Positions 37,890 to 47,345 of a stretch of DNA of 64,000 nucleotides are shown one piece after another. The notes under the pieces are model-generated. The model made no database searches, was not told where the DNA came from, and saw only the letters and a list, made by a program, of their open reading frames with translations. Position numbers and translations under genes: made by a program. The first letter of the stretch is position 1, and each line of letters starts with the position of its first letter. The stretch is from a virus. Its lineage: Duplodnaviria > Caudoviricetes. The stretch covers positions 1 to 64,000 of IMG/VR virus record IMGVR_UViG_3300010429_000664. One strand, given 5' to 3'.

Positions 37890-38695
37890 AGATTATATCC
37901 TTTAATTATCTTACTAAAAAATCTTGTCCAGTATTTTCTTTCAAAATTAACTCTAGCGTGGCATTTTTGACATAAAGTTATTAAGTTATTTTCCTTGCAA
38001 TCTAATTTATTATAGTCTATATGATGAACGGAAAGATTGCGGTAATATAGTCTTCGATGTTGATGTTCGGATAAACCACATAACTTACAAACAAATCCAT
38101 CTCGTTGTCGAATTTGATATTTTAATTTATCTGTAAACTCAAAGGCGTATGGCATTTTACTTAAACCGCCTTTCCACATCGGGTTCAAACATCCGTATTT
38201 ACCAAACATCGGATTGTTTTGCCCTCTAAAAAATATACTTCTTTCTCTTGATAATTTTTTCTTTACTTCTGGAGAAATCTTTAACTTTAAACCTAGATGA
38301 TTTTTCCTTAATAGACGTTTTGTTTTGACAGTATGTTTTTTCCCTTTAAATGAAGAAGGATAGTCTAATCGATGACATGGAATTTTATATTTTTTAAGTT
38401 TATTTATAATCGTTGAACTTGAGCATCCCAAAAGTTTTGCTATCTTTATTGTAGATAGGTGATTTTGAATATAAAGCTCATTCAGTTCTGTTTTAGAAAT
38501 TGAGAAACGTTCCGGACATTTTTTTAGTTTGTTTGCTTGAGATAAATTTCTTCGAGAAATATTGTATCTTATCATATGACTTCTAACAGTGACAGCGCTA
38601 ACTTTAAAATAAAAAGCTATGTCTCTTATGGACATTAGTTTTTTAAAATATAGAAAAATAATTTTATTTTTATTTAGATTAATCTGTAGTGCCAT
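37877..38695 (-). mobile_element. Free-standing HNH endonuclease with HTH/NUMOD-like DNA-binding repeats
   Basis: RDGFVCKLCG...VHHIDYNK.DC..NNLITLCQKCH; probable start MALQIN. Confidence 0.85.
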
Positions 38696-38702
38696 ATTAA
38701 TA

Positions 38703-39410
38703 TTACGATAAGTGCGACTTGAGGCATTCGAGGTCTCGCGGTTGATTGAACATATAGTCGAGTATTGACATGTTAGGAATAAAGTCATCTGAAAGCTGAA
38801 CATAACTTGATGTGGGGGCGGGCGGATAACTGAAAATAACGGGAATATCGTGGTCTTCAAATAATTTCATATCCAAATATTCTCGTCCGCTCGGACCTGA
38901 TAAATAAACTTGCTCTACTTCATTATCTCCGAAAGCGTCTACTATCTGATAAAGTAGTTCTGACCCGGTTTTATTGTCTGGTAACTTCATAGCCGACTGT
39001 ACAACAATATTACGATGTAAACCAAACCAGTCTATTACAAGGTCTAGAAGATTACAATTTAAATGTAATAGTAGTTCGAATTTATGATTGATTATTTTTT
39101 CAAGACGCGGATATAGAATATTGAACGACAAACTTTTCGAATAAGCGTGACGCAGTGTTTCCAAATACTTGCGCTGCCAGTTTTCTTTGTAGCATATTTT
39201 AATATCTGTCATAGATGTCTCAGAAGGTGCGTTATAAACGGGAACAGTTAACCAGTGTTCCTTTCCGTTTAACACAATACGATTTCTATTACAATAATAG
39301 TTCTTCTGATACTGTGCTTTGTCAAGCAAAACAAATACGTCCGACGATATATACTTTTTCCAAAATCCTAGATAACTAAGATGCTCGCTTTGATGAATAG
39401 ATATTATCAT
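38703..39410 (-). CDS. WbqC-like family protein
   Basis: HQS..L.YLGF..K....DVFVLLD..QY.K....NRNRI...WLTVPV; YLSGPSGREY; MSILDYMFN. Confidence 0.9.
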   Translation of the reverse strand: MIISIHQSEHLSYLGFWKKYISSDVFVLLDKAQYQKNYYCNRNRIVLNGKEHWLTVPVYNAPSETSMTDIKICYKENWQRKYLETLRHAYSKSLSFNILYPRLEKIINHKFELLLHLNCNLLDLVIDWFGLHRNIVVQSAMKLPDNKTGSELLYQIVDAFGDNEVEQVYLSGPSGREYLDMKLFEDHDIPVIFSYPPAPTSSYVQLSDDFIPNMSILDYMFNQPRDLECLKSHLS

Positions 39411-40060
39411 AGTACCTCATATGTCATTTTAATAGGCTCAAAGCATTCGCAGAAATCTTTTTGTGCTTCTATTCCTCTCATTTTATTAACTGAAAAAACG
39501 AGTTGACTCCAATAACTATGTTTATCGACCTGAGAACGGTGGCATTTAATAGATTGTAGCTTTTTAGTAAAATGCTGTGATATATCTGTATATATAATGG
39601 GTCGAAATGGAATACTGGATAATTTGGATGGATAAATAGGCTCGAACATCCATATATTATTATATTTTCGAGAGGCTGACAAAACACATTTAGCGGTATT
39701 CAGATGGTCTTGATGAGAATCGCAGTTATGATGATGCGTGATTATTAAATCCGGGCATATATTATCAATAATCGCGTTTAAACGTTCTACTGTTTCCGCA
39801 TCATGTTTTACATGTTTAGTTTGAATGTTTAAATTATATACGCGCTCATCATTCACGCCAAGAACCCGTAACGCTTCCAACGACTCTACTCTGGCGTCAG
39901 CTAAAGTTCGCTCAATTTTTCCATCGTAATTGGTAAAGTCAGAAGCCGTCATTAAAATACAGTAAACGTTATGCCCTTTTGCCGTTAGATTAGAGACAAA
40001 TCCTCCGGCACTAAGTTCGATATCATCCGCGTGAGCGCCTACCAGTGCAACATCAGTCAT
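39407..40060 (-). CDS. PIG-L/LmbE family deacetylase
   Basis: GAHADDIE, IITHH..DSHQDH, K..SI.CHRSQ. Confidence 0.9.
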   Translation of the reverse strand: MTDVALVGAHADDIELSAGGFVSNLTAKGHNVYCILMTASDFTNYDGKIERTLADARVESLEALRVLGVNDERVYNLNIQTKHVKHDAETVERLNAIIDNICPDLIITHHHNCDSHQDHLNTAKCVLSASRKYNNIWMFEPIYPSKLSSIPFRPIIYTDISQHFTKKLQSIKCHRSQVDKHSYWSQLVFSVNKMRGIEAQKDFCECFEPIKMTYEVL

Positions 40061-41351
40061 TAATTTTCTCCCACTTCATACCGAAAAGTTTATGCAAATA
40101 ATGAACAACCGGAAATGGAACGTTATAATTTCTCCCTAGCAGTTGATTACCTTGCTTTACTTTTTCCGGATACCACATATCGATTTCAAACGTGACTCCG
40201 TCTTTAATATATTTATCGTCCATCTCTGTAAACCCTGATTCTAAAAGTTCACGTTTTATAATCGATTTATTAGCGCGAGTTGCTATCTGAATAGGAGATT
40301 TTAGTTGAATATGATTCATATACCTTCTACAAGTGTCTTTCACAAAACAGTACTCTTTAGTAACTTTTTCAATCGCGGCTGCAAATTGACATATTACTTT
40401 ATTTATATCGTTGATAGGCTCTTTCGGCAAAACTATAATTGGCTTGCTTTCGATTTTTTCTATAATTTCAGGTTCGTTTATGTTTGTTGGTATTTTCCAT
40501 AGCGTACCGTTGTGATAGTTACGCCCGTCTAAATAGTCAACACCCCATTTATGAATATAGTAAGGCCAAAATCTATTATTGCGCTTACGGTAAGAATTAT
40601 ATTCCGGAGCTGATATCGATATATTTTGATTTGCGCTTGTATGATTCGAACATATTACTTTATACGGACTTTTATATTTAATCTGTAAAAACGTGTCTAA
40701 ATGTTCGGCTAACTTCAAGTTATTATCCCATCGTATATAGTTAAATAAATCGCTTTTAGCAAGACAGAAATTCATAGTCATATCGCATCGTATTCCATGA
40801 CCAAAGTAGTCATCTTCTTTTTCGTGCGCGTCCGTGTATATTACTCGGCGGTCTTTTATTTCCAAATTTACTTCATAGTTATTAGTCAGGTTTCCATACT
40901 TCTCTAAAAATCCAACAACTCCAAGTTTTTCGTCTTGTTCTAGTAAATCTATGAGCGATTTAATGTCCGTTTGATTGGTAAAAAGATTATCACAATCGCA
41001 CCATATAATAAAAGGCTCGGACGTACGTTCAAGTAATTTATTATGAGCACGAGAGTAGCCAGCGTCAAATCCAACTCCTATCACTTCGTGACCTGCTTTA
41101 ATTAGTCGCTGATATAGTTTGGCCGTATTAATATCAAAAACTCCCTGTTCTGCTATATATATTTTAACGCCCGGCTCGTATATAAAAATGCTTCGAAGAA
41201 GATTTAATAACAATTTATCGCGTAAAAAATTATCTACCAAGACTGCAACGCGATGATGTTTGCTGGGAGGAATAATATGAACCTTATTAAGTTCTTCTTC
41301 CGTAAACGGAAGTAGCGACTCAGTTATTATAGGAAGATTTTCAAATATCAT
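40053..41351 (-). CDS. GT-A glycosyltransferase paralogue B with degenerate LicD-like C-terminus
   Basis: NFLRD, AEQG, GFDAGYS.A.N, CDCD, WD..LKLAEH; C-terminal VPFP...YL..LFG..W. Confidence 0.75.
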   Translation of the reverse strand: MIFENLPIITESLLPFTEEELNKVHIIPPSKHHRVAVLVDNFLRDKLLLNLLRSIFIYEPGVKIYIAEQGVFDINTAKLYQRLIKAGHEVIGVGFDAGYSRAHNKLLERTSEPFIIWCDCDNLFTNQTDIKSLIDLLEQDEKLGVVGFLEKYGNLTNNYEVNLEIKDRRVIYTDAHEKEDDYFGHGIRCDMTMNFCLAKSDLFNYIRWDNNLKLAEHLDTFLQIKYKSPYKVICSNHTSANQNISISAPEYNSYRKRNNRFWPYYIHKWGVDYLDGRNYHNGTLWKIPTNINEPEIIEKIESKPIIVLPKEPINDINKVICQFAAAIEKVTKEYCFVKDTCRRYMNHIQLKSPIQIATRANKSIIKRELLESGFTEMDDKYIKDGVTFEIDMWYPEKVKQGNQLLGRNYNVPFPVVHYLHKLFGMKWEKIND

Positions 41352-42673
41352 TCTCGTACCTTTATAATATCACTTTCGTTAGCTATGTTCCATTTTTGCA
41401 TAAACAGTTTCATACCGATGTTTCCGTTAATTGTTCTTCTAAATTTCATATATTCCGGAGAGTTATCTTTCTGTTGATGGTTTATTTCAACGGAATCTGT
41501 AAAGGTTACTAGCCATTTATTTATATTTTTAATTTGTAAATAGAAGTCGGTATGTTCCGTTAATTTAAGAGTATTATCCCACATTACATCGTTAAAAAGT
41601 TCTCGACGAAACATAGTAAAGTTTAAAATGATATCCCAGTAATAAAACGCTATCTTTTTTTGGATTGATGTTTCGTAACTATAAAAAAGTTTTTTAGGTT
41701 GGTTATAAAAGTAAAAAAGTTTTTTATCTTTTAGTATAAGTTTGTAGTTGTATGGTTGGTGATTTTTAAGAACCCCGCCTACCGCTCCAATTTCGGCTTC
41801 TGTATTTAAAACGTTTATAAAGTTTTGAATTTTAGTTGTATCGGTAACTTGAAAGTCATCATCTACTAAAAGAATATAAGGTTCGTTGGTCTGTTTAACA
41901 AGATAATTTCTGGCGTACGATAGCCCGCAGTTAAAAGGAAGATAAAATACTTTATGACCTAATTGCTGTAAGTATTGGTAATACTTCTCTTTTTCATTCG
42001 TATAAATACCCTGGTCAGCAATGTATATTCTAACCCAGTCGTTAGAGTAGGTATTTAATATAGAATCAATCAGCACTTTCGCATTTTTATCTCTTAAAAA
42101 TGTAGGAATAATAACAGCTATTTTTCTCCAATCTCGGTCAATATTAGAAGTTCGTTCGCTTACCCACTGTTGGTCAGGATTTCTCCAACTACCGTAATGA
42201 GCTGTTAAAATCTCGTCCGCAGAAGCAGGTATGTTAAAATAATGATTTGGAAAGGAAGTGATTGTAAAATTTTCAAATAACTCTTTTGGCCATCGTTCTC
42301 TCCATTCGATATCCCAAACGCCTGTAAATTTATTGGGCTTATAAGAATAAGAGTAAACATTTTTTTCGTCTCTATCGTGAAAAAATAAGTCGAGTTTAAA
42401 CTCAGAACGACTGCCGTATTTCAGAATAACGGCACATTCTCTTCTCCAAATAGAAAAAAATCTCCACTTATTTGATTCGGATACTATCTTTCTGACCTTC
42501 CAATAATCTTCTGCCCAAATACCTATATCGATATCGTCGTCCCAAGGAATAAAATCTCCATGTCGTAAGGCTCCAATCAACGTTCCAAAAGAAAGCCAGT
42601 AGTGAACTCCATGTTCATCTAAGAAATCAATAAACTCATAAAAATACTGTCTAAAATGGTCTGAAATTTTCAC
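41348..42673 (-). CDS. licD: LicD-family phosphotransferase fused to GT-A glycosyltransferase paralogue A
   Basis: [27 protein letters not shown]; [26 protein letters not shown]. Confidence 0.9.
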   Translation of the reverse strand: MKISDHFRQYFYEFIDFLDEHGVHYWLSFGTLIGALRHGDFIPWDDDIDIGIWAEDYWKVRKIVSESNKWRFFSIWRRECAVILKYGSRSEFKLDLFFHDRDEKNVYSYSYKPNKFTGVWDIEWRERWPKELFENFTITSFPNHYFNIPASADEILTAHYGSWRNPDQQWVSERTSNIDRDWRKIAVIIPTFLRDKNAKVLIDSILNTYSNDWVRIYIADQGIYTNEKEKYYQYLQQLGHKVFYLPFNCGLSYARNYLVKQTNEPYILLVDDDFQVTDTTKIQNFINVLNTEAEIGAVGGVLKNHQPYNYKLILKDKKLFYFYNQPKKLFYSYETSIQKKIAFYYWDIILNFTMFRRELFNDVMWDNTLKLTEHTDFYLQIKNINKWLVTFTDSVEINHQQKDNSPEYMKFRRTINGNIGMKLFMQKWNIANESDIIKVRE

Positions 42674-43110
42674 TGCTTTTTTACCTGTTGTTCTATTATT
42701 GCATAAGCATTTTGAATAATACGACGCTTGATTTCACTACTAGATAGATGTTTTGTATACGGCAAAAAGACTACTTTTCCACGTTCGCGCAACCAATTCA
42801 AACCGTCGTTATCGTTTCTAGATTCCCAGTCATTGCCTACCGTAAACAAATCGCATTTCAATTCTAAAAATTGCTGTACATCTATTAATGTCTTTTGACA
42901 AACAACTTCGTCTACATAATCGCAGTGTTTTACAATTTCTAAACGTTCGTTATATGGAATAATAGGTTTAAGTCCTTTGGCTCCTTCTATCAGTTCGTCC
43001 GTAGAAACTCCGACTATTAAATAGTCTCCCAGTTCTTTTGAACGTCGAAGCAGTTCAATATGCCCGAAGTGAAAAATATCCCACGAACCAGCAGTAAATA
43101 CTCTAGTCAT
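42670..43110 (-). CDS. Cytidylyltransferase (TagD/glycerol-3-phosphate CTP-transferase family)
   Basis: [34 protein letters not shown]. Confidence 0.9.
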   Translation of the reverse strand: MTRVFTAGSWDIFHFGHIELLRRSKELGDYLIVGVSTDELIEGAKGLKPIIPYNERLEIVKHCDYVDEVVCQKTLIDVQQFLELKCDLFTVGNDWESRNDNDGLNWLRERGKVVFLPYTKHLSSSEIKRRIIQNAYAIIEQQVKKQ

Positions 43111-43597
43111 ACAAAAGAACCCCTACTCGAAAGAATGTACCGTACTCCCACACCGGGAAACGTAACTGAATGCCGGTTATTTCTTTAAAAAAGTTAACAA
43201 CATTTATACCGGTAGCTTCTATAGGAATAATCATTTTATCAGGTTTAGAGCAAAGATATGTACAGTGAGAGCACTCTTTGCATGAGCCAGCTCCGTATAT
43301 CAGAGAGTTTGAAAAACTTTTCTTAAGTTCGCGGAGTTTGTCAGCCAGTTCAATGCTAGATTTACGTCCGAGTTCCTGCCAATTAGACTTCCAGGTTTTC
43401 TTATCTACCGCGTACTGCTGATAAATAAGAATACCCTTGGACGCTAGTTGAAATAGTTCTCGATATTCGTCGATGTTAGGTAATGCAGGTGGACAACAAG
43501 GAACATTTCCAAAACGTTTGCACGACCGACACGCTAGACGAGTATTAGAGCTGAAATGTCTTTGTAATATTTCAGGGTTAAATGGAATAATGGTCAT
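43103..43597 (-). CDS. DUF2284-like metal-binding protein
   Basis: C..C..FG....CPP, GAGSC..C..C...C, IEATGINV. Confidence 0.75.
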   Translation of the reverse strand: MTIIPFNPEILQRHFSSNTRLACRSCKRFGNVPCCPPALPNIDEYRELFQLASKGILIYQQYAVDKKTWKSNWQELGRKSSIELADKLRELKKSFSNSLIYGAGSCKECSHCTYLCSKPDKMIIPIEATGINVVNFFKEITGIQLRFPVWEYGTFFRVGVLLYD

Positions 43598-43603
43598 ATT
43601 AAT

Positions 43604-43632
43604 ATTATATCATAAATAGAGGTTGGAGTCAA
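43604..43632 (-). promoter_or_regulatory. Sigma70-type promoter heading the modification operon
   Basis: TTGACTC, 17-nt spacer, TGnTATAAT on the minus strand, 7 nt before the DUF2284 ATG. Confidence 0.8.
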
Positions 43633-44339
43633 GTAAGTTCATATCCTCCTGTCACGTTAATAATCTGCCCTGTAACATACGAGTTGTCAACCAGTTGCAT
43701 TGCCATTGAAGCAATTTCACTTGACTGAGCAAATCTCGAAAGAGGAATTTGATTATTAATGCGTTCTAATTGTGCATCGGACTTACCGGAATGCCACTCG
43801 GATTGTGTAAAACCAGGTGCTATGGCATTTACCGTAATTGCCTTATTTTTTAAGGCGAATTCAACAGCTAATCGCTTCACAGCAGCATTTATACCGGCTT
43901 TCGATACAGCGTAGGATAACGAAGTACCTCTTGGGCATTCTGCCAACACTGATGATATAAAGATTACTCTGGAATTATTTGTCAGTTTAGATTCTACACG
44001 TTGAAGAAAGAATAGCGGAGCTGTTAAGTTTGTATCTATAACTTTATTCCACTTGTCAATGTCCATGTTGCTAAACGGAGTTCGGTCTGTAATACCTACG
44101 TTTAAAACGAGGCAGTCTATTTTATCAAGTCCAATAGATAAGTCAGCAAATTTACTCGTATCTAACTGTACAATATCATACTGACCCTGATATCCTTCAG
44201 TTAAGTATGTGTTCAGGTCTATAGCTTTATTAACATCGTGCGCGTAATTAAAACGCACGAAATATCCGCGATGGAGAAGGGCAAGACCAATTTCTCGACC
44301 GATACCAGAAGTCGAGCCAGTGACTATAGCGGTTTTCAA
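43629..44339 (-). CDS. Short-chain dehydrogenase/reductase (SDR)
   Basis: TGSTSGIG, LNVG, ISS, YAVSK, VNAIAPG, VTGQ.INV.GG. Confidence 0.92.
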   Translation of the reverse strand: MKTAIVTGSTSGIGREIGLALLHRGYFVRFNYAHDVNKAIDLNTYLTEGYQGQYDIVQLDTSKFADLSIGLDKIDCLVLNVGITDRTPFSNMDIDKWNKVIDTNLTAPLFFLQRVESKLTNNSRVIFISSVLAECPRGTSLSYAVSKAGINAAVKRLAVEFALKNKAITVNAIAPGFTQSEWHSGKSDAQLERINNQIPLSRFAQSSEIASMAMQLVDNSYVTGQIINVTGGYELT

Positions 44340-44674
44340 TATCCACCTTCCTGCCGTTCAAAGTTTATCTTGTTTTTCTTGCAATACTCTTCGTATAAAT
44401 CAGAAGCATCTAGGTCCGCGAATTGTGCTGCGCTCACCAGAAAATGTAAAATATCAACAATCTCTTTTCGTGCTTCTATCTTATCATACACGCAGCCTTT
44501 CTTCCACCATTTCCATCTGGTACAGTCTTTTAGTTCCGCGCATTCTTGCATTAAAGCGGTTGCCATCTGAGAAAGCCATAGTTCTTTTTGGTCCGGGTGC
44601 ATGAAGTCGATATCGACACCAATAGACTTATTAAATTCTTTTTGAAGTTCAAATATACGAATGAGTTTATCCAC
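44336..44674 (-). CDS. Dimeric dUTPase/MazG-like nucleotide pyrophosphohydrolase
   Basis: E.AEL....WKWWK, EIVDILHF, K...NFERQ..GY. Confidence 0.8.
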   Translation of the reverse strand: MDKLIRIFELQKEFNKSIGVDIDFMHPDQKELWLSQMATALMQECAELKDCTRWKWWKKGCVYDKIEARKEIVDILHFLVSAAQFADLDASDLYEEYCKKNKINFERQEGGY

Positions 44675-44686
44675 GCTTATCCTTTT

Positions 44687-44896
44687 TTAATGAGGAGGAA
44701 TAGGACCGGTTATTTTAGTTTCAGTTCCTTTAAACTCAATAAACTCTTCTGGGTCGTACTTAATTTCAAATGGAGACGATAATGACCATCTTGACTGACA
44801 GATAGTACAAAACACTTCTAGTATACCGTTATTGGAACATACGCAAAGCGTTCCGTGGTCTGTTTTATGTAAAAGTTGAAATGATTGATTTGTCAT
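44687..44896 (-). CDS. Small Cys-containing hypothetical protein
   Basis: ORF, CxxC. Confidence 0.55.
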   Translation of the reverse strand: MTNQSFQLLHKTDHGTLCVCSNNGILEVFCTICQSRWSLSSPFEIKYDPEEFIEFKGTETKITGPIPPH

Positions 44897-45093
44897 AGGT
44901 TAATGTTGAACCCTTTTATATCCTTTTCTGCTTCAAGGCACTCTTTACAACGAAGTTTATAACTATTTTTGCTCCACTCTACCTTTGAGTTTGGAAAAGC
45001 GCAGCAACCAAGACAATTAAAGTAACAGTTCATCCCGCAGCAATTTATATCGTCGTCTCGCACTTCAATAGTAACTTCGATTATCTTTTTCAT
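44893..45093 (-). CDS. Small Cys-rich hypothetical protein
   Basis: ORF with CC..NC..., RCKECLEAE. Confidence 0.6.
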   Translation of the reverse strand: MKKIIEVTIEVRDDDINCCGMNCYFNCLGCCAFPNSKVEWSKNSYKLRCKECLEAEKDIKGFNINL

Positions 45094-45701
45094 ACTACCT
45101 CTATTTTATTATCCGCGCTTTCGATTATTTCTGCACGATGGCTGACCATTATTATCTGTCGATTGAGTTTCTGAGCTAGACTTTTTAAGAAATTAGAAGC
45201 TTTGCCAACAAAAGAAGTCGATATATGTTTAAACGATTCGTCTAAAAGCAGCGGCCCTTCTATTTTTGGAGACGACAGTTCTAATAAAGCTACCCGCAAA
45301 GCTAATGAAACTCCGTCTAAGACACCTCCTCCAGAAGTCTCTAATGGATTGAGCGCTTTCTGACATTGAGGAGTTTTAATATTGAAATCGAGTTCCTGGT
45401 AATTACCGCGACGACCTATTTCGATTGCAAAGTCATAGTCCTGCCCGTATATACTCTTTAACGCATATGAAACTATAGTCTCAAACCCTTTCTTAACATT
45501 GTCACAGGCAGATTTTTGAAGCATCGTAACGAATTCTACAGACTTCGCATATATTTCTTTATTATGCTGTAGATTCTCCAACCGTTGTTTATTTTGCAAC
45601 TGTTGTGTTTGCAAGACCTCTAATTTACCAGATAATTTAGCATTATTATCTTTTAGAGTGTCAAGTGATAATTTAATTTTCTTTATTTCCATTAAATTCA
45701 T
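45090..45701 (-). CDS. Rad50/SbcC C-terminal half (ABC signature and Walker B)
   Basis: TSGGG, SLALRVAL, LLLDESF, Q.IMVSH; N-terminal coiled coil. Confidence 0.85.
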   Translation of the reverse strand: MNLMEIKKIKLSLDTLKDNNAKLSGKLEVLQTQQLQNKQRLENLQHNKEIYAKSVEFVTMLQKSACDNVKKGFETIVSYALKSIYGQDYDFAIEIGRRGNYQELDFNIKTPQCQKALNPLETSGGGVLDGVSLALRVALLELSSPKIEGPLLLDESFKHISTSFVGKASNFLKSLAQKLNRQIIMVSHRAEIIESADNKIEVV

Positions 45702-45852
45702 AACTAGGACACCTTACTACTACAACGTGGGATAGTTCCTTGCACGACTTCTTACACGACAAACACATCTTGTTGATACCGGACACTTGTTCTTCCGTTG
45801 AGGTTCCTATTAAGGTCTTTGGTTTGTTTTTACTGCCCTTGGGTCTGCCCAT
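45673..45852 (-). CDS. AT-hook plus Cys-cluster small protein (59 aa, absent from the ORF track)
   Basis: Manual translation MGRPKGSKNKPK...CLSCKKSC...C; GGAGG upstream. Confidence 0.6.
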   Translation of the reverse strand: MGRPKGSKNKPKTLIGTSTEEQVSGINKMCLSCKKSCKELSHVVVVRCPSYEFNGNKEN

Positions 45853-46090
45853 TTTCGGCCTCCGTTATTAGTTTTTGCATTGTTTCTATTCCTTCTTGAA
45901 TTGCCATTTCCATATCTATCAAGCGAGACTCTATATCTTCCCCATCTTCAATACCTAGTTTCTTCAACTCTTCTTTCAGCGCTTCTTTCTGTGCTGTTAA
46001 CTGAGTTCTCTGTCCGTCTATGGAGGCGGCTTCTTTCTTCAGTTTTTCCAACTGAGTTTCAATACGTTTCAATTCTTCGGTGTAGTTCAT
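45830..46090 (-). CDS. Coiled-coil protein (86 aa)
   Basis: Heptad pattern throughout. Confidence 0.7.
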   Translation of the reverse strand: MNYTEELKRIETQLEKLKKEAASIDGQRTQLTAQKEALKEELKKLGIEDGEDIESRLIDMEMAIQEGIETMQKLITEAENGQTQGQ

Positions 46091-47015
46091 TTTCGTACCT
46101 GCCTATCCTGGTTATTATTTCATCGATAACTTCTTGGTTTACGCCCGCTCCAGGCGCATTAAGTTGCACCAAATCTCTGAACTTTAGCCCCCTAACCTCC
46201 GTGGTAGATAGATTATTTATGAAGTTGTCTAGGTTGGAATCAAATGCTTTAGAAAGTTCTAACTTCTTTAAATCGAAAACTTCTTCTCCGGGTTTACATT
46301 TCAACTCTATTTTTTCATAAGTTACCTTAGTATCACATGTTACCAATAAAACACTCGGACGAATGCTCATTTCCGTTATTTCAGTACGACCTATACAACC
46401 GACGTTGATGATGTTATTTACAACGAATGGCTGGTGGTAGTGTCCAGTTAAAAGCAAATCATAATCATGCTGTAGAGTCTTAGCATTACAATGCAAAACG
46501 TCCGGTCTGAACTTATCAGGAGTTACAAGAGCGTGTACAATACCGATTTTGGGTTTGCTCGGTTCTAATCCCTCGCTACGCTCACGTAGTAGGGTCTCCA
46601 GACGACTCTCTATGTTATGCTCGTAGTCTATCCCTACTATTGATATATCGTTGATTTTAAGCGTTTCTAGGCGTTTAAATACCTTTGAACGTCGAAACAT
46701 GTGAGCTAGACTGGTTGCTTTGGATAATCTAACCTCGTGATTCAATTCGTCATGGTTTCCAAAACACGAATACAGAGGTATACCAATACCTTCGATTAAA
46801 TCCAATGCTTTGTCGCTTAACGTGTTGGATACCAATGGAGTATCCCAAAAGTCTCCACACGTAACAATAGCATTACATTTACGTCCATCAGCCAATGCCA
46901 AAATCTGCTCTAATTTATCAAAGACAGAAAGGCAATAGCTGTCAACCCGATTTTCTGGATTATCACCTCGTAGATGTAAGTCATTGAAATAGATGAATTT
47001 ATACACTTTCTTCAA
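46059..47015 (-). CDS. Mre11/SbcD nuclease
   Basis: DLH, CGDFWD, GNHD, IVH, GHYH metallophosphoesterase motifs; next to Rad50 halves. Confidence 0.9.
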   Translation of the reverse strand: MKKVYKFIYFNDLHLRGDNPENRVDSYCLSVFDKLEQILALADGRKCNAIVTCGDFWDTPLVSNTLSDKALDLIEGIGIPLYSCFGNHDELNHEVRLSKATSLAHMFRRSKVFKRLETLKINDISIVGIDYEHNIESRLETLLRERSEGLEPSKPKIGIVHALVTPDKFRPDVLHCNAKTLQHDYDLLLTGHYHQPFVVNNIINVGCIGRTEITEMSIRPSVLLVTCDTKVTYEKIELKCKPGEEVFDLKKLELSKAFDSNLDNFINNLSTTEVRGLKFRDLVQLNAPGAGVNQEVIDEIITRIGRYENELHRRIETY

Positions 47016-47159
47016 TCCCCTGTCGATGCTCGAACCTATCGGTCAAACTTACATGTTCAACCTGCGGAATAATAGTCTGTAAGGAAAACATATGCAAATT
47101 ACTTACCGGTAGCGAAAAATTAAGGAGTATCAGCAATCCAAGCGCGGAAGTCATGTCGG

Positions 47160-47345
47160 TTATCCTTTCAGTTCGTCATCTGGTATTTCACACGCATAAA
47201 AATTTCCAAACATACACGGGCATTCTCCGGTGTTTCCCATGCACGGATAGTCCATTCGAACTGTTGCATACTCTTCTTCGGTTAATATTCTACCACATCC
47301 AATGCACTTATAAACAATCATAATGGCCTCCGACATGTTGGACAA
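47160..47345 (-). CDS. Small zinc-finger protein
   Basis: YKCIGCG...C...C.C. Confidence 0.5.
   Translation of the reverse strand: MSNMSEAIMIVYKCIGCGRILTEEEYATVRMDYPCMGNTGECPCMFGNFYACEIPDDELKG

Noticed and set aside
36333-44674. DNA hypermodification as the primary role of the transferase cluster
   Set aside because: Not excluded but disfavoured: no base hydroxymethylase, thymidylate-synthase homologue or kinase in the window; restriction-site avoidance suggests unprotected DNA; the families present act on surface glycans and proteins
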